64,000 bases of DNA from Angustibacter luteus (GTDB lineage: Bacteria; Actinomycetota; Actinomycetes; Actinomycetales; Angustibacteraceae). A program made the translations under genes and the position numbers. Positions 1 through 8,997 of the stretch are shown one piece after another. How positions within the stretch are numbered: position 1 is the first letter of the stretch; each line of letters begins with the position of its first letter. The notes below the pieces were generated by a model. The model searched no databases, was not told the DNA's origin, and saw nothing but the letters and a program-made list of their open reading frames with translations. Location: the NCBI RefSeq assembly GCF_039541115.1, contig NZ_BAABFP010000002.1, positions 620,001-684,000 on the forward strand, in the 5' to 3' direction.

Positions 1-1359
1 CGCGCGGTCGGCGGCCTCGACGTTCAGCCGCAGCAGGGGCTCGGTGTTGCTGGCCCGCAGGTTCAGCGACCACGAGAGCCGGCCGTCAGGCCCGTCGCAG
101 GTGAGCGTGAGGCCGTCGAGGTGGTCCTCGACGACGTCGCCGGCGAAGGCGAGCCGCACGTCCTCGGTGCGCGCGGCGGCGTCCGTGACCGTGCTGTTGA
201 GCTCGCCGGAGGAGGCGTAGCGCTCGTAGTCCACGGCCAGCTCGGACAGCGGCAGCGGCTGCTCACCCAGCGCGGCGAGCACGTGCATCGCGGCCAGCAT
301 GCCGGTGTCGGCGAACCAGAAGTCGCGGAAGTAGTAGTGCGCGGAGTGCTCGCCGCCGAAGATCGCGTCGTGCTCGGCCATCTGCGCCTTGATGAACGAG
401 TGACCCACCCGGGTGCGCACCGACCGCGCCCCCAGCTCGGCGACCAGCTCCGGGACGGCGCGTGAGGTGATCAGGTTGTGGATCACGGTGGGGTTGCCCC
501 CGCGGGCCTGGTCCACGGCGATCTCGCGGGCGGCCACCAGTGCGGTGACGGCGCTCGGGCTGACCGGTGCCCCGCGCTCGTCGACCACGAAGCAGCGGTC
601 GGCGTCGCCGTCGAAGGCCAGGCCCAGGTCGGCGCCGTGCTCGACGACGGCGGCCTGCAGGTCCACCAGGTTGGCGGGCTCGAGCGGGTTGGCCTCGTGG
701 TTCGGGAAGGACCCGTCGAGCTCGAAGTACAGCGGGACGACCTCCAGCGGCAGCGGGTCCAGTCCGGCGTCGGTGCCGAGCACCGCTGGGGCGGTCAGAC
801 CGGCCATGCCGTTGCCGGCGTCCACCACGACCTTGAGCGGGCGGATGGCGGCCAGGTCGACGAGCCCGCGCAGGTGCCGGCCGTAGTCGGCGAGCACGTC
901 GCGGTGGCTGAGCGCGCCGGTGACCTCGGCGGGACTCGCGTCGCCGTCCAGCAACTCCTCGGCGAACCGGCGGACGTCGTCCAGGCCGGAGTCCTGCCCG
1001 ACCGGTCGCGCGCCGGCCCGGCACAGCTTCACGCCGTTGTACTGGGCCGGGTTGTGGCTGGCGGTGAACATCGCGCCGGGCGCGTCGAGGGCGCCGGACG
1101 CGTAGTACAGCGCGTCGGTGGACACGAGCCCGACCAGGACGACGTCCCGGCCGGTCGTGCGGAGCCCGTCGGCGAACGCGGCGGCCAGGCCCGGCGAGGA
1201 GTCGCGCATGTCGTGGCCGACCACGGCGGTGCCGGACGGGTCGTCGGCGACCACCTGCCCGAACGCGCGACCCAGCGCGCGGGCCACGTCCTCGTCGAGC
1301 TGGTCGGGGACCAGCCCCCGGACGTCGTAGGCCTTGACGATGGACGCGAGGCTGGGCAT
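1..1359 (-). CDS. manB: Phosphomannomutase/phosphoglucomutase (3' end runs off the window)
   Basis: Manual translation from ATG at 1359: MPSLASIVKAYDVRG...MFTASHNPAQYNGVK (phosphoserine loop), AFDGDADR (metal loop), GGEHSAHYYF, RASNTEPLLRLNVE. Missing from the ORF track because there is no stop in the window. Confidence 0.95.
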   Translation of the reverse strand, partial: MPSLASIVKAYDVRGLVPDQLDEDVARALGRAFGQVVADDPSGTAVVGHDMRDSSPGLAAAFADGLRTTGRDVVLVGLVSTDALYYASGALDAPGAMFTASHNPAQYNGVKLCRAGARPVGQDSGLDDVRRFAEELLDGDASPAEVTGALSHRDVLADYGRHLRGLVDLAAIRPLKVVVDAGNGMAGLTAPAVLGTDAGLDPLPLEVVPLYFELDGSFPNHEANPLEPANLVDLQAAVVEHGADLGLAFDGDADRCFVVDERGAPVSPSAVTALVAAREIAVDQARGGNPTVIHNLITSRAVPELVAELGARSVRTRVGHSFIKAQMAEHDAIFGGEHSAHYYFRDFWFADTGMLAAMHVLAALGEQPLPLSELAVDYERYASSGELNSTVTDAAARTEDVRLAFAGDVVEDHLDGLTLTCDGPDGRLSWSLNLRASNTEPLLRLNVEAADRA

Positions 1360-1391
1360 CCGGCAAGCCTAGCCGGGTGCCCAGGTGCGGG

Positions 1392-1637
1392 TCAGGAGAC
1401 CTTGCGGGTCCGCTCGATGACGTCGCTCACGGTGAGCTCGACGCCCTCGTGGCTCCAGCTCTTGTGGCCACAGACGCGGCACGAGGTGAAGTCGACCGGG
1501 GTGCCGTCCGTCAGGTTCATCGACAGCGAGGTGACGCGCGGGGACGAGCAGTCGAAGCAGGACGACGCGGTGCGGGCGTCGCGCTGGGTCAGCGAGCCCA
1601 GCGGGAGGGACGGGCGGGCAGCGGCGGAGCGGGGCAT
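1392..1637 (-). CDS. Small Zn-ribbon-like hypothetical protein (81 aa; alternative ATG at 1694)
   Basis: 3' part of ORF 1392..2615; CFDC...CRVC cysteine pairs; fills the gap between DUF3499 and manB. Confidence 0.7.
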   Translation of the reverse strand: MPRSAAARPSLPLGSLTQRDARTASSCFDCSSPRVTSLSMNLTDGTPVDFTSCRVCGHKSWSHEGVELTVSDVIERTRKVS

Positions 1638-1697
1638 CAGGGGAACCTTCCGAGCGACGTTGCGGGCAGGTCGCCGTGGGAGCGCGACCACCATGAC

Positions 1698-1724
1698 TTC
1701 GTCCACGACTCGAAAGAACTTGAG
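1698..1724 (-). promoter_or_regulatory. Candidate sigma-28 (FliA/WhiG-family) promoter
   Basis: Minus strand CTCA-N17-GACGAA, one mismatch to CTCA-N15-17-GCCGAA. Confidence 0.4.
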
Positions 1725-1759
1725 CACCCGGCGTGTCCCGACAAATCGGACACTGCTTC

Positions 1760-2122
1760 TCAGGCCTGGTCGAGGTCGCGCAGCACCCGCAGGTGGCCTC
1801 GCCGTCCCACCTCGACGGTGCCGCTCGTCGGCACGGCCGTCGGCGCGACCGGCCGGGCGGCCTCGCGCACCGCGTTCGCCAGCGCGAGCAGGTCGTCGTC
1901 GCTCGGACCGATCGCCTCGACCTGCGGGGCGAGGCGCATGACCTCCCACCCCCGCGGAGCCGTCAGCCGCTCGGCGTGCTCGCTGCACAGGTCGTAGCAG
2001 TGCGGCTCGGCGTACGTCGCCAGGGGCCCGAGCACGGCAGTGGAGTCGGCGTACACGTACGTCAGGGTCGCCACCGCGGTGCGGGTGCACGCAGGGCGGG
2101 TGCACCGACGCATGGGGTTCAC
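1760..2122 (-). CDS. DUF3499 family protein
   Basis: RRCTRPAC...AVATLTYVYADSTAVLGPLATYAEPHCYDLCSEHAERLTAPRGWEV; typical position next to manB. Confidence 0.9.
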   Translation of the reverse strand: MNPMRRCTRPACTRTAVATLTYVYADSTAVLGPLATYAEPHCYDLCSEHAERLTAPRGWEVMRLAPQVEAIGPSDDDLLALANAVREAARPVAPTAVPTSGTVEVGRRGHLRVLRDLDQA

Positions 2123-2213
2123 GAGACTCGACGCTACCCGCTCGCGCCGACCGGACCGGGGATTGCCCGACGTGCCGGCGCCGTGTCGTCGTCCCGCCGC
2201 CTAGACTGACCAG

Positions 2214-2666
2214 GTGCTGCGCCGGCCCTCCCCCGCCGACGACCCGCCGCGTCCCGCGCCTCGCCGCCGGGACCGCCGTGGGCGCGGGCTCCGCGGACCG
2301 CTCGCCCCGACCGACCTCCCGGCCCACCGCACTCGCCGCACCCAGTTCGACGACCTGGTGCTGGACGCCGCCGAACGCCTCGAGCAGCGCTGGGGACGCG
2401 AGCTGGACGGCGTCGAGTTCGCGGTCGAGGACGTCCCGCCGAGCGACCCGGCGCCGTGGGAGCGGGGCGAGGTCCCACTCGGCCGGCTCTTCCCGGCCCA
2501 GGGCTCGCTGCCGCCCCGCGTGGTGGTCTACCGCCGGCCGCTGGAGACCCGGGCCCCCGACCGGTCGCTGCTCGCCGCCCTGGTGCACGAGGTGGTCGTC
2601 GAGCAGGTGGCGCACCTGCTCGACCTCGACCCCGGCCAGATCGACCCCGGCCTGGCCGACGACTGA
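2214..2666 (+). CDS. Zincin-like metallopeptidase family protein
   Basis: RRRDRRGRGLRGPL N-terminus; FAVEDVP, VVYRRPLE, VHEVVVEQVAHLL; TAGACT -10 lies 6 nt before the GTG. Confidence 0.85.
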   Translation: MLRRPSPADDPPRPAPRRRDRRGRGLRGPLAPTDLPAHRTRRTQFDDLVLDAAERLEQRWGRELDGVEFAVEDVPPSDPAPWERGEVPLGRLFPAQGSLPPRVVVYRRPLETRAPDRSLLAALVHEVVVEQVAHLLDLDPGQIDPGLADD

Positions 2667-2703
2667 GCCAGGGGGTTCGGTCCTGCTGGTGGGGTCCGGC
2701 GGC

Positions 2704-4191
2704 TCAGTCGGCCGCGGCGGCGACGTCGGCGGGCACCCGGGTCAGCGGCGCGAGCTGGCGCAGCGGGGCCGAGCTCACCAGCTCGATCCCAGGCATCCGC
2801 ACGATGGTGGAGCGGGCCGCGTACCAGGGCCCGCTGCCCGCCTTGGCCTTCAGCCAGACGCTCGTGCCGGCGACCGGGACCACCCGCGTCGTGCCGGCCG
2901 TGACGTCCACGGGCGTACTGACGGCGCTGCCGTCCGCCTGCACCGTGACGACGTCCAGCGAGGCGGCCTTGTCCGGGGCGCTGAGGACCACGTCGACGGT
3001 CCAGCCCGGCGCCGACACCGCGTGCGCGATGCCGGTCAACGAGGTCACCGCGTCGCTGGAGGCCGACCAGACGAGGTCCCCGCCCGCGGGTGACAGCGAG
3101 GAGTGCACCATCGCACCGGCCAGCACGGGTTCGTCCGCGTCGACCTGGATCGCGTAGGCGCCGGACGGCACCTTCGACAGGTCGATGTCGTGCGACGAGC
3201 CGCCCGCGACCCGCACCACACCGGCGTCACCGAGGTCGACGGCACCCTTCTCGCCGATCAGGTGCACCTGGGCCACAGCCTCCGCCGCGCCGGGCACCGC
3301 GATCCGCAGGACCGCGCCCAGCCCGAGCCGCACGCCCGGTACGACGACCTTCTCGGCCGGCGGCAGCGCCGCGACGACGTCGTCCGAGCCCAGCGCGGTC
3401 AGGCCGTCCAGCCAGGAGTCGTTCAGCACGGCGGCCACCGAGCCACCGCTGCTGCGCACGTGCACCACCGGGGACGTGACCCCGGGAGCCAGCGCGTCGA
3501 GCAGCAGCACCGTGCGGGCGTGCGGAGCGAGGGCGACGGTGCTGCCCGGCGTCCTGGCCACGGGTCCGTCCGCGCCGAGCACGTCGACGCTGACCTCGGT
3601 CGTGGCGTCGTGCGGGTTGGACAGGACGAGACGGCCGCGGCGGCCCTGCTCGGACCCACCGCCCACCAGCCACACGTCGTCCGCGGGGACCGTGCAGGGC
3701 GCGGTGCTCAGACCGCGCAGGTCACCCTGCGGGACCGCCGTCAGCTGGTCGGCGATGACCCCCGGAGCCGCCGCACCACGGGCCTGCACCACCGGGGACG
3801 CGGGCGCGGTCTGGCCGGCCGCCAGCGAGGTGCCCGCATCGGCGCCGAGCTGGGTGGTGGCCAGCTGCTTCGTGCCAGCGGTGATCGTCAGCGACCCGGA
3901 CGACGACCCGCGGCCGGGCTCGGGCAGCAGGGACGACGGGGGCACTGCGGCGAAGACCTGCGAGGGCGCCGGGGCCTGGGCCGGGTCGGCGCCGCGCACG
4001 CCGATCGTCTCCGGACCTGGGCAGACCAGGTCGACGGCGTCGACCGGGACGGCCTGCGGGGTGCGCGTTCGGGCCGGGCCGGGCTGGCTGGCCACGGCGG
4101 CGGGCACGATCAGGGCCGTCGCCACGACGCCCACCGCGAGCACCGGGACGGCCACCTTGGCGGCCAGCGCCGCCCAGCGGCCGGGCCTCAT
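2704..4191 (-). CDS. DUF5719 family secreted/membrane-anchored protein
   Basis: 3' part of ORF 2704..5382. The ATG at 4191 overlaps the upstream stop (ATGA). N-terminal hydrophobic helix, LVCPGP, WLVGG, LVLSNP motifs. Confidence 0.85.
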   Translation of the reverse strand: MRPGRWAALAAKVAVPVLAVGVVATALIVPAAVASQPGPARTRTPQAVPVDAVDLVCPGPETIGVRGADPAQAPAPSQVFAAVPPSSLLPEPGRGSSSGSLTITAGTKQLATTQLGADAGTSLAAGQTAPASPVVQARGAAAPGVIADQLTAVPQGDLRGLSTAPCTVPADDVWLVGGGSEQGRRGRLVLSNPHDATTEVSVDVLGADGPVARTPGSTVALAPHARTVLLLDALAPGVTSPVVHVRSSGGSVAAVLNDSWLDGLTALGSDDVVAALPPAEKVVVPGVRLGLGAVLRIAVPGAAEAVAQVHLIGEKGAVDLGDAGVVRVAGGSSHDIDLSKVPSGAYAIQVDADEPVLAGAMVHSSLSPAGGDLVWSASSDAVTSLTGIAHAVSAPGWTVDVVLSAPDKAASLDVVTVQADGSAVSTPVDVTAGTTRVVPVAGTSVWLKAKAGSGPWYAARSTIVRMPGIELVSSAPLRQLAPLTRVPADVAAAAD

Positions 4192-7100
4192 CGCAGCTCC
4201 CCGTTCGGACGACGGACCGGCAGGGCGAGCAGGCCGACGAGCAGCACGAGAGCGAGTTCGGCCCACCGCCAGCGGGTCACCGTCTGGTCGTCGGCCCGCA
4301 CCACCAGGTGCCCGCCGTGGGTCGGCAGGACGTACGCCTGACGCCAGCCGGTCACGGCGCTGGCACCGGCCACCCGCAGCGGGATGCCGTTCAGCTCGGC
4401 GTGCCGCAGGTCGGACGGCGCCTCGGACAGCACCAGGAGCCGCCCCGCGCGACCCGCGGGGATCGTCGTGTCGACCGCCGCGTGCGGCCCGGACGTCGGC
4501 ACCGCCGCCAGCGAGGCGCCGGCCGCGGAGACCAGCTGGGCGCGAGCGGTGGAGTCCAGGCCGCCGGAGCCGACCCGGTAGAGCTGGCCGTCGGTCGAGC
4601 GACCGATCCGGGCCAGCCCGGCGGTGGCGTCCAGGCGTTCCGTGAGCTGCGCCGGGGCCGGGTCGCGCACGAGCAGGAAGCCGACGGCGAGCTGGCGCAG
4701 CGACGCCACCGTGCCCGGACCGGGCAGCGCGGTGTCGGGGTTGGCCAGGGCGGCCGCCACGGGCCGCACCGGGTCCGCCGTGGCGCGCTCGTCCGCTCCG
4801 GCCCGGGCGCGGACGTCCCGCGCGACGGCACCGGGTTCGCCGCCGTCCAGCCGGTAGGTGATCTGCCCGTCCTCCGCGGCGAGCACGAGGGTGCGGACGG
4901 CGAGCGGGCCGTAGGCGGCGTCCGCGGCCACCGCGGGCAGGCCGGTGCCTCTCGTGGTCTGCAGCGGACCGTCGGCGCCCTCCCAGGCCCACGCCCCGAC
5001 GGCGACCACCGGCGCGAGGACCGCGACCAGCACGACGGGGCCGAGCAGCAGCTGCCGCCAGCCGAAGCCGTAGCGGGCCAGCCGGGACTGCAGCCCGTCG
5101 GCCGCCACCAGCGGTGCGGCCAGCAGCGCGAGCAGGGCGAGCAGGGCGCCGGTCCCGGACCAGCCGGTCAGGACCTGCTGCCCGGGCCGGCTCACCTGCA
5201 CCCACGGTGCCAGCACCGCGAGCGCGAGCCCGAGCACCGCGAGCCAGCCCAGCGCCGCGACCGCCCAACCGCGACGTCCGCCGCGCAGCAGCGAGAGCGT
5301 GGCCAGCACAGTCAGCGGGCCGAGCCACAGGGCCACCGTCCACAGCGGCCAACCCTGGTGCAGGCGCAGGACGTCCGTCCACGCCTGCCAGATGTTCAGC
5401 CCGTCCCCCACCTGCGACACCGGGGCGGGGTCGGCGACCGCGCCCGGGCCGGCCAGCAGCAGGCGCGGGTCGGCGACGATCTCGGTGACCCAGGGCCCCA
5501 GCAGGGCCACCGGCAGCACGGCGACCAGCAGGGCGCGCCAGCGCGCACCCCGGGCGAGCAGCACGCCCAGCAGCCCGATGCCCACCCCGACCGCACCCAG
5601 CAGCGGAACGGCGGAACCGACCACCGCGATGCCGAGCGCCGCGGCGAAGGTGGCGGTCAGCCGGCCGGGCTTGTCCGGGGACAGCGCTCGGGCCAGCGCG
5701 GCGGCCACCAGCGGCAGCACGATCGTGATGGCTACCGGCCCGACGCGCCCCTGGGTGACGGCGGCGGTGAGCAGCGGTGCCGCGCCCCAGGCGAGCGCCG
5801 CCCAGGCCCGCAGCCAGCGCGAGCGGGTCGCGATCCCGGCCGCGACGTACGCGGCGATCGCGGCCAGCACCGGCGCGGCCGCCAGCAGGAGGGTCAGCGA
5901 GCGAGCGGGTGCCGCGGCACCGGCGACCGTCTCGACGAGCCGGATCCAGCCGGCGTCCAGGACGGCGGCCGGTGAGCCGAGCTGCTCGGTGCCCAGGCCC
6001 GGACCGCGCACCGCGTCCAGCCCGGCATGCCAGTGCTGGACGGCGCCGGCCGGGCTCGGCCGCAGCTCGCCGCCGGTGAGCGTGGCCGAGCCGAGCAGCG
6101 CGTCGCCGAGCCGTCGCCAGGCGACGGCCGTCGCGGCGACCAGGGCCAGCACGACCCAGGTGAGCGGGTGCCGCACCACGCGGCTCGGCCAGGTGAGCGG
6201 CGCAAGGTCCGCCGGGTCGGCCACCTCGTCGATGACGGTGTGCAGTCCGGCGTCCGGACCAGCGTGCGTGCTGACCGGCGGCTCCGTGGCGGCCCAGGCG
6301 CTGACCACGTCACCGGCCCGACGCAGCGGCGCGGAGCGGGGCGTCAGCAGGCTGGACAGGCTGTGGCCGGGCACCCGGCGACGTCCGCGCGAGCGCCAGC
6401 GCGAGCCGAGCCAGCGCCACGGCGCGATCAGCACCACGCCGGTCGCCAGCACCTCGTCGAAGGCCCGTCGCGGCGACTTCGCAGCCAGCAGCGCGATGGC
6501 CCGGCCGGCCGAGAGGAGCACGAGCCAGCACAGCAGGAACGGCACGGCCCACCAGCTGCAGCGGGCCAGCGCCACGTGCTGGCCGTGCCGGAGGTCGACC
6601 CGGCGCAGCGCGCCGGCCTCGGCGTGCACCTCGCGCAGCCCGTTCGTCGCCGCCTGCGCGTCGGCCACCACGGCGTTCGGCGCGAGCAGCACCCGGTGCC
6701 CGGCCAGCTGGGCGCGCCAGCACAGGTCGATGTCGTCGCGCATCAGCTTCAGGGCCGGGTCGAAGCCCTCGAGCTCGTCCCAGACGTCGCGGCGCACCAG
6801 CATGCCGGCCGACGGCACGGCGAGCACGTCGCCGCGGTGGTCGTGCTGGCCCTGGTCGCGTTCGATGCCGTCGACGCCCGTGTCGCGCCGGCCACCACGG
6901 CCGACCGTGAGCCCGACCTCGACCAGCCGGTTCGCGTCGTCCCAGTCGACCAGCTTCGCGCCGACGACACCGACGGACGCCGACGTGCCGGCCGCCGCGA
7001 GCAGCTGCTCGAGCGCCCGCGGCTGGGCGGCGCTGTCGTCGTGCAGCAGCCAGATCCAGCCCACGCCATCCAGGTCGCCGCGCTGCTGCGCGTGCTCGAG

Positions 7101-7394
7101 CGCACGGCCCACGGCGTCGCCGAAGCCCGTGTCCCGCGCCGCCGTGACGACCTGGGCGTCGTCGAAGGCGGCGCCCAGCAGGGCCGGCGAGCCGTCCGTG
7201 GAGCCCGTGTCGACCGCGACGACCAGGTCGGGCGGGCGGGTCTGCTCGTCCAGCGCGGCCAGGACGCGTGGCAGCCACGGTGCGCCGTCGTGCACGACGA
7301 GCACCGCCAGGACGCGGCCCAGCCCCGGCGCTGCTGCCGGCCGGGCGAGGGTGGCAGCGCCGTCGGGTCGAGCAGGCGAGGTGAGAGTGATCAG
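4188..7394 (-). CDS. GT2 glycosyltransferase fused to a large multi-TM C-terminal region (start uncertain: GTG 7304, or non-canonical CTG 7394 / ATC 7391)
   Basis: VVHDGAPWL, VDTGSTDGS, WIWLLHDD, DDIDLCWRA, then many hydrophobic helices; conserved position downstream of whiB. Confidence 0.9.
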   Translation of the reverse strand: MITLTSPARPDGAATLARPAAAPGLGRVLAVLVVHDGAPWLPRVLAALDEQTRPPDLVVAVDTGSTDGSPALLGAAFDDAQVVTAARDTGFGDAVGRALEHAQQRGDLDGVGWIWLLHDDSAAQPRALEQLLAAAGTSASVGVVGAKLVDWDDANRLVEVGLTVGRGGRRDTGVDGIERDQGQHDHRGDVLAVPSAGMLVRRDVWDELEGFDPALKLMRDDIDLCWRAQLAGHRVLLAPNAVVADAQAATNGLREVHAEAGALRRVDLRHGQHVALARCSWWAVPFLLCWLVLLSAGRAIALLAAKSPRRAFDEVLATGVVLIAPWRWLGSRWRSRGRRRVPGHSLSSLLTPRSAPLRRAGDVVSAWAATEPPVSTHAGPDAGLHTVIDEVADPADLAPLTWPSRVVRHPLTWVVLALVAATAVAWRRLGDALLGSATLTGGELRPSPAGAVQHWHAGLDAVRGPGLGTEQLGSPAAVLDAGWIRLVETVAGAAAPARSLTLLLAAAPVLAAIAAYVAAGIATRSRWLRAWAALAWGAAPLLTAAVTQGRVGPVAITIVLPLVAAALARALSPDKPGRLTATFAAALGIAVVGSAVPLLGAVGVGIGLLGVLLARGARWRALLVAVLPVALLGPWVTEIVADPRLLLAGPGAVADPAPVSQVGDGLNIWQAWTDVLRLHQGWPLWTVALWLGPLTVLATLSLLRGGRRGWAVAALGWLAVLGLALAVLAPWVQVSRPGQQVLTGWSGTGALLALLALLAAPLVAADGLQSRLARYGFGWRQLLLGPVVLVAVLAPVVAVGAWAWEGADGPLQTTRGTGLPAVAADAAYGPLAVRTLVLAAEDGQITYRLDGGEPGAVARDVRARAGADERATADPVRPVAAALANPDTALPGPGTVASLRQLAVGFLLVRDPAPAQLTERLDATAGLARIGRSTDGQLYRVGSGGLDSTARAQLVSAAGASLAAVPTSGPHAAVDTTIPAGRAGRLLVLSEAPSDLRHAELNGIPLRVAGASAVTGWRQAYVLPTHGGHLVVRADDQTVTRWRWAELALVLLVGLLALPVRRPNGELR

Positions 7395-7816
7395 ACCGCC
7401 TGCTTCTTCAACCGCCGACGCTCACGCTCCGACAACCCGCCCCAGATGCCGAACCGCTCGTCGTGGGCGAGCGCGTACTCGAGGCACTCCGAACGCACCT
7501 CGCAGGACACGCAGACCTTCTTGGCCTCGCGCGTCGAGCCGCCCTTCTCGGGGAAGAACGCCTCCGGATCCGTCTGCGCGCAGAGCGCGCGCTCCTGCCA
7601 GGACAGCTCGGCGTCGCCACCATCGGCGAGCTCGAGCAGGTTCGGCATCTCCAACGAGCCCAAGGTCACCGGAGCGACCGGTACGACCGAGGCCTCGCGA
7701 CGCAGGAACGCGTCGAAGTCCTCGCCCGCGGGCGGGTGGTCGATACCGGGGAAGTCCTCCGTGCCACGCTGCCGTCCGATGACGCTGGGTGCAGTCGCTG
7801 CGTTCAGCTGGTTCAC
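7391..7816 (-). CDS. whiB: WhiB-family Fe-S transcriptional regulator (WhiB/WhiB2 type)
   Basis: WQERALCAQTDPEAFFPEKGGSTREAKKVCVSCEVRSECLEYAL...FGIWGGLSERERR; AGGAGG SD before GTG 7816. Confidence 0.97.
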   Translation of the reverse strand: MNQLNAATAPSVIGRQRGTEDFPGIDHPPAGEDFDAFLRREASVVPVAPVTLGSLEMPNLLELADGGDAELSWQERALCAQTDPEAFFPEKGGSTREAKKVCVSCEVRSECLEYALAHDERFGIWGGLSERERRRLKKQAV

Positions 7817-7878
7817 GGCCCCTCCTCGACCCTCGATGCCTGCCGCCCCCTCCCCGAGGGCACCATGACATGCCTGGA

Positions 7879-7908
7879 ATTACACGCGTGTCATACCCCT
7901 CTCGTCAA
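7879..7908 (-). promoter_or_regulatory. whiB promoter candidate with a near-palindrome containing GACAC
   Basis: Minus strand TTGACG-N18-TGTAAT; TGACACGCGTGTAA (7880-7893) overlaps the spacer and -10. Confidence 0.6.
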
Positions 7909-8004
7909 GCCGGTCGGTGATATTCAGCGTTTGGTCCGCAGATACGCCCGAACGGGTGAACGGGCCGCTGCGACACCTGTCCGGCCGGCTGAGACACTTC
8001 GCGC

Positions 8005-8997
8005 ATGCGCATCACAGCCATCGCCGGCGGGGTCGGCGGCGCCCGCTTCGTCCGCGGCCTGCTCGCCCACCTGCACTCCTCACCGGACGCCGACCGGCGC
8101 TCGACCGAGGTCACCGTGATCGGCAACACCGGCGACGACATCACCCTGTTCGGGCTGCGGGTCTGCCCGGACCTGGACACCGTCATGTACACCCTCGGCG
8201 GCGGCATCGACGACGCGCAGGGCTGGGGTCGGGAGGGCGAGACGCACACCGTGCAGGGCGAGCTCGCCGCCTACGGTGCGCAGCCGCAGTGGTTCGGGCT
8301 CGGCGACCGCGACTTCGCCACGCACATCGCGCGCAGCCAGCTGCTCGGGCTCGGGATGCCGCTGTCCCAGGTGACCGAGGTGCTGTGCGCCCGCTGGGGA
8401 CTGCCCGAGCAGGGTGTGCGGCTGCTGCCGATGACCGACCAGTCGGTGGAGACGCACGTGGTGATCGAGGACGACGAGGGCCGACGGGCCATCCACTTCC
8501 AGGAGTGGTGGGTGCGCCACCAGGCGGCCATCGCGGCCCAGCAGATCGTCGCCGTCGGTATGGAGCGGGCGGTGGCCGGACCCGGTGTGCTGGAGGCGAT
8601 CCGGGACGCCGACGTCGTCCTGCTGCCGCCGAGCAACCCGGTGGTCTCGATCGGCATCGTGCTCGGCGTCCCGGGGGTACGCGACGCCGTTCGCGGCACC
8701 CGCGCTCCGGTCGTCGGGGTGTCCCCGCTGATCGGCGGTCGGCCCGTGCGCGGGCACGCCGACGCCTGCCTGGCCGCGATCGGCGTCGACACCACGGCGC
8801 TCGCCGTGGCCGGGCTGTACGAGGACTTCCTGGACGGCTGGCTGGTGGACACCGCGGACGCCGAGGCCGCCTGGCCGGCCCGCCTCGCGGTGCGCTCGCG
8901 TCCGCTGCTCATGTCGGACGTCGACGCCGCCGCGGCGATCGCCGGTGCGGCGCTCGACCTGGCGGTCGAGCTGCAAGGCGACCGTGCCAGCGCGTGA
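8005..8997 (+). CDS. cofD: 2-phospho-L-lactate transferase (F420 biosynthesis, CofD/FbiA)
   Basis: AGGVGGARF, NTGDD, CPDLDTVMYTL, WFGLGDRD, HFQEWWV, PSNPVVSI. Confidence 0.97.
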   Translation: MRITAIAGGVGGARFVRGLLAHLHSSPDADRRSTEVTVIGNTGDDITLFGLRVCPDLDTVMYTLGGGIDDAQGWGREGETHTVQGELAAYGAQPQWFGLGDRDFATHIARSQLLGLGMPLSQVTEVLCARWGLPEQGVRLLPMTDQSVETHVVIEDDEGRRAIHFQEWWVRHQAAIAAQQIVAVGMERAVAGPGVLEAIRDADVVLLPPSNPVVSIGIVLGVPGVRDAVRGTRAPVVGVSPLIGGRPVRGHADACLAAIGVDTTALAVAGLYEDFLDGWLVDTADAEAAWPARLAVRSRPLLMSDVDAAAAIAGAALDLAVELQGDRASA

